DNA of 64,000 nucleotides from Alphaproteobacteria bacterium (GTDB lineage Bacteria; Pseudomonadota; Alphaproteobacteria; Bin95): NCBI GenBank assembly GCA_964291285.2, contig OZ219787.1, positions 832,001 to 896,000 of the forward strand, read 5' to 3'. Shown piece by piece: positions 61,531 to 64,000 of this stretch (position 1 is its first letter; each line of letters starts with the position of its first letter). The notes under the pieces were generated by a model. It saw only the letters and a program-made list of their open reading frames with translations, ran no database searches and was not told where the DNA came from. The position numbers and the translations under genes were made by a program.

Positions 61531-62670
61531 ATGCCGCTCTCAGGCGTGCGCGTCGTCGAACTCGCGCAGATCATCGCCGGCCCCGTCGTCGGGCAGGTGC
61601 TCGCGGAGCTCGGGGCCGACGTCGTCAAGGTCGAGCGCCCGGAAGGCGACGAATCGCGCCGCTGGACGCCGCCGGTCTGGTTCGGCGCCGCGCCGACCTT
61701 CCACGGCGTCAACCGCTCCAAGCGGTCGGTATCGCTGGACCTCACGCAGGAGGAAGGCCGCGCGCGCCTGCTGAAGCTGGTGCGCGGCGCCGATGTGTTC
61801 GTGCAGAACCTCCGGCCCGGCGTCACGGAAAAGCTCGGCCTCGGCCCGGAGGCGCTGCTCCGCGAGAACCCGCGGCTCGTCTATTGCGACATGGGCGCGT
61901 TCGGCCACAAGGGGCCGAAGCGGCTCGACCCCGGTTTCGAGGTCCTGTTCCAGGCGTTCTCGGGGCTGATGGACAATACGGGCGATCCGGACGGGCAGCC
62001 GATGCGGATGGGGGCGGCGGTCTGCGATATGAGCACCGGCCTCTGGACGGCGCTCGGCGCGCTGGCGGGCCTGCGCCAGCGCGAGCGGACGGGCAGGGGC
62101 GTGGTGGTCAACACCTCGCTGCTCGAAACCGCCATGTTCCTGCTGACCACGCAGTTCGTCTCGCACAAGGCGACCGGAAAGCGGCCCGTGCGCCATCCGA
62201 CCGGCAGCCCGCGCGTCGTCGTGTTCGAGGCGTTCGACGCCGCCGACGGGCGCATCCTGATCACCGCGGCGACCGACCGGCTCTTCAAGCGCCTCGGGCT
62301 GGCGCTCGGCCGCAGCGACTGGGCCGAGAGCGCGGCGTTCGAGGGCAATGCCGCGCGCATGGAGCGGCACGGCGAGATCGTGCGCGACATCCAGGCGGCT
62401 CTGGCGGAAGGACGTGTGCGGGAGTGGATGGAGGTCTTCGAGGCGGCCGGCGTGCCGGCCTCGCCCATCAACAATCTGGCCGAAGCGCTCGAGGAGCCGC
62501 AGATCCGGGCGCTCGACATGGTCGTCGATGTGCCGGCGCGCGAGGGCATGCAGGCGCTGGCGCTGCCGATTTCCTTCGACGGCCGCCGCCCGTCGGTGCG
62601 CGCGCCCGCACCCGGCCTCGGCGCCGACAATGCGCTGCTCGACCTCGACGATCCCTGGGCCGGCGCTTGA
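61531..62670 (+). CDS. CaiB/BaiF family CoA-transferase
   Basis: PLSGVRVVELAQIIAGP, LGADVVKVERP, NRSKRS, QNLRPG. Confidence 0.92.
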   Translation: MPLSGVRVVELAQIIAGPVVGQVLAELGADVVKVERPEGDESRRWTPPVWFGAAPTFHGVNRSKRSVSLDLTQEEGRARLLKLVRGADVFVQNLRPGVTEKLGLGPEALLRENPRLVYCDMGAFGHKGPKRLDPGFEVLFQAFSGLMDNTGDPDGQPMRMGAAVCDMSTGLWTALGALAGLRQRERTGRGVVVNTSLLETAMFLLTTQFVSHKATGKRPVRHPTGSPRVVVFEAFDAADGRILITAATDRLFKRLGLALGRSDWAESAAFEGNAARMERHGEIVRDIQAALAEGRVREWMEVFEAAGVPASPINNLAEALEEPQIRALDMVVDVPAREGMQALALPISFDGRRPSVRAPAPGLGADNALLDLDDPWAGA

Positions 62671-62695
62671 CAGCCGGACGCGCTCTGCCTAGACG
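62667..62695 (+). promoter_or_regulatory. Sigma70-type promoter of the tRNA
   Basis: TTGACA (62667-62672), 17-bp spacer, TAGACG, just upstream of the tRNA. Confidence 0.55.
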
Positions 62696-62706
62696 GTCCG
62701 CCTTCC

Positions 62707-62781
62707 GGGCGCGTAGCTCAGCGGGAGAGCACTGTCTTCACACGGCAGGGGTCGCTGGTTCAAACCCAGCCGCGCCCACCA
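62707..62781 (+). tRNA. tRNA-Val (anticodon CAC)
   Basis: GGGCGCG acceptor stem, D-arm TAGCTCAGCGGGAGAGC, anticodon arm CTGTC-TTCACAC-GGCAG, T-loop GGTTCAAACC, 3' CCA. Confidence 0.95.
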
Positions 62782-62814
62782 TCCATCCTACAGCAGGACA
62801 GGGGCTCGGGACCC

Positions 62815-62970
62815 ATGCGCAAGCGGAAGCTGCCGCGGAAACGGCGCAACCCGATGGCCCGCGCCCTGCGCACGCTGCGCCCGCAGCGGGTCCGGAACCG
62901 CAAGGCCTATACTCGCAAGGGACGCCGCAAGGCGCCCGGTTTCGTTCCGGACCCCTCCGACACGCAATAA
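62815..62970 (+). CDS. Small basic protein (51 aa), ArfA-like by motif
   Basis: MRKRKLPRKRRNPMARALRTLRPQRVRNRKAYTRKGRRK...; below the ORF-track length cutoff. Confidence 0.55.
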   Translation: MRKRKLPRKRRNPMARALRTLRPQRVRNRKAYTRKGRRKAPGFVPDPSDTQ

Positions 62971-63039
62971 CCCTGCCTCGGGCGTCCGCATGATTGCGGG
63001 TGTGGCGCGCGGCCGCGCTTTGGGCCAAGCTGGCGCGCC

Positions 63040-64000
63040 ATGGACCTGCACCTCTTCATCGGCAACGAGCATCCTCCCGACGCCCATATGGGCCGGAAGA
63101 TGGCCGAGCATGTCGAGCAGCTCCGCCTCGCCCGCCAGGGCGGCTTCGACGGCGTGGCGATCGGCAACCATCTTTCCTACGGCGACACCGCCTGGTTTCC
63201 GCCGCTGGAGACGCTTCTGCACCTCGCGCCCGAAGCCGGGGACATGCAGATCGCCACCTGCATGCTGATCCTGCCGCTCTACCATCCGTTCCAGGTCGCG
63301 GAGCAGGCGGCGCTGCTGGATGCGGTGTCCGGCGGCAGGTTCACGCTCGGCGTCGCGCCAGGCTGGCAGCGGGACGAATTCGAGCTGATGGGCCTCGATT
63401 TCGGGCGCCGGATCGGCCGCTACCTGGAAGGGGTCGATCTGATCCGCCGGCTGTTCACCGAGGAGGCGGTCGACTTCGCCGGCAGGCATTTCAGCGCGGA
63501 GGACCTGACCCTTGCGCTCAGGCCCGCGCGCCGGCCCCGGCCGCCCATGTGGTTCGGCGGCAGCGTCGATGCGGCGGTGGAGCGGGCCGGCCGGCTGGCC
63601 GACACCCGCCTCGGCGACAGCTGGGTCGCCTCCTCGCATCTGGTGGGCGATGTCGTCAGGCGCCAGGCGGAACGCTTCCTGGAGACGCTGGAAGCGCTCG
63701 GCAAGCCCCGGCCCGCGCGCTTCCCGATGCTGCGCAATATCGTCGTCGCGCCGGACAGGGAGACGGCGGTCCGCGAGGCGGGGCCGTTCCTGGAGGCGAG
63801 CTACCGGGTCTTCGGCCAGTGGGGCCTGTTCCGCACGATCGGCGGCGTCGGCAAGGAAGAGCCGGACCTCGACGAGCTGCTCGCCGGGCGGGTCGTGATG
63901 GGCTCGCCGGAGGAGGTCGCGGACGAACTGCTCTCGCTCATGGAGGCAACCGGCTGCAACCGCATCGTGACGCGCATCCAGTGGCTCGGCATGGACCAGC
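63040..64000 (+). CDS. LLM-class flavin-dependent oxidoreductase (runs off the right edge)
   Basis: MDLHLFIGNEH, GFDGVAIGNHLSY, HPFQVAEQAALLDAVSGGRF, RPPMWFGG. Confidence 0.85.
   Translation, partial: MDLHLFIGNEHPPDAHMGRKMAEHVEQLRLARQGGFDGVAIGNHLSYGDTAWFPPLETLLHLAPEAGDMQIATCMLILPLYHPFQVAEQAALLDAVSGGRFTLGVAPGWQRDEFELMGLDFGRRIGRYLEGVDLIRRLFTEEAVDFAGRHFSAEDLTLALRPARRPRPPMWFGGSVDAAVERAGRLADTRLGDSWVASSHLVGDVVRRQAERFLETLEALGKPRPARFPMLRNIVVAPDRETAVREAGPFLEASYRVFGQWGLFRTIGGVGKEEPDLDELLAGRVVMGSPEEVADELLSLMEATGCNRIVTRIQWLGMDQ

Overview
High-GC alphaproteobacterial chromosome segment. The host-associated/symbiont-like lifestyle is an inference from the IS burst and the abundance of LLM and CoA-transferase genes. 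Housekeeping and catabolic genes (metY, hslUV, ald, recX, ppk2, hisI, ychF-pth-rplY-prs, coq7-dsbB, tRNA-Val) are interspersed with five apparently identical 2014-bp IS1634-family elements (one partial), one IS3-family element, an IS630 remnant and an integrase remnant. The most notable system is an array of 11 paralogous genes (53535-58326) for small Sec-exported proteins with a fixed six-cysteine scaffold (C-x3-W-x8-C ... C-x5-C ... NCxGxL-x3-6-C) and hypervariable loops. The array lies directly behind a MacB-type ABC ATPase and permease. The missing partners, a TolC and an unusual PAS-domain-fused membrane fusion protein, sit 48 kb away at the left edge on the opposite strand. Junction sequences suggest a single TolC-MFP-ATPase-permease operon was split by an inversion between two IS1634 copies. 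Together these look like a dedicated MacAB/Aat-type exporter plus a diversified library of disulfide-rich, possibly CVNH-lectin-like secreted effectors, now partly inactivated. All calls come from reading motifs by eye; no searches were run.
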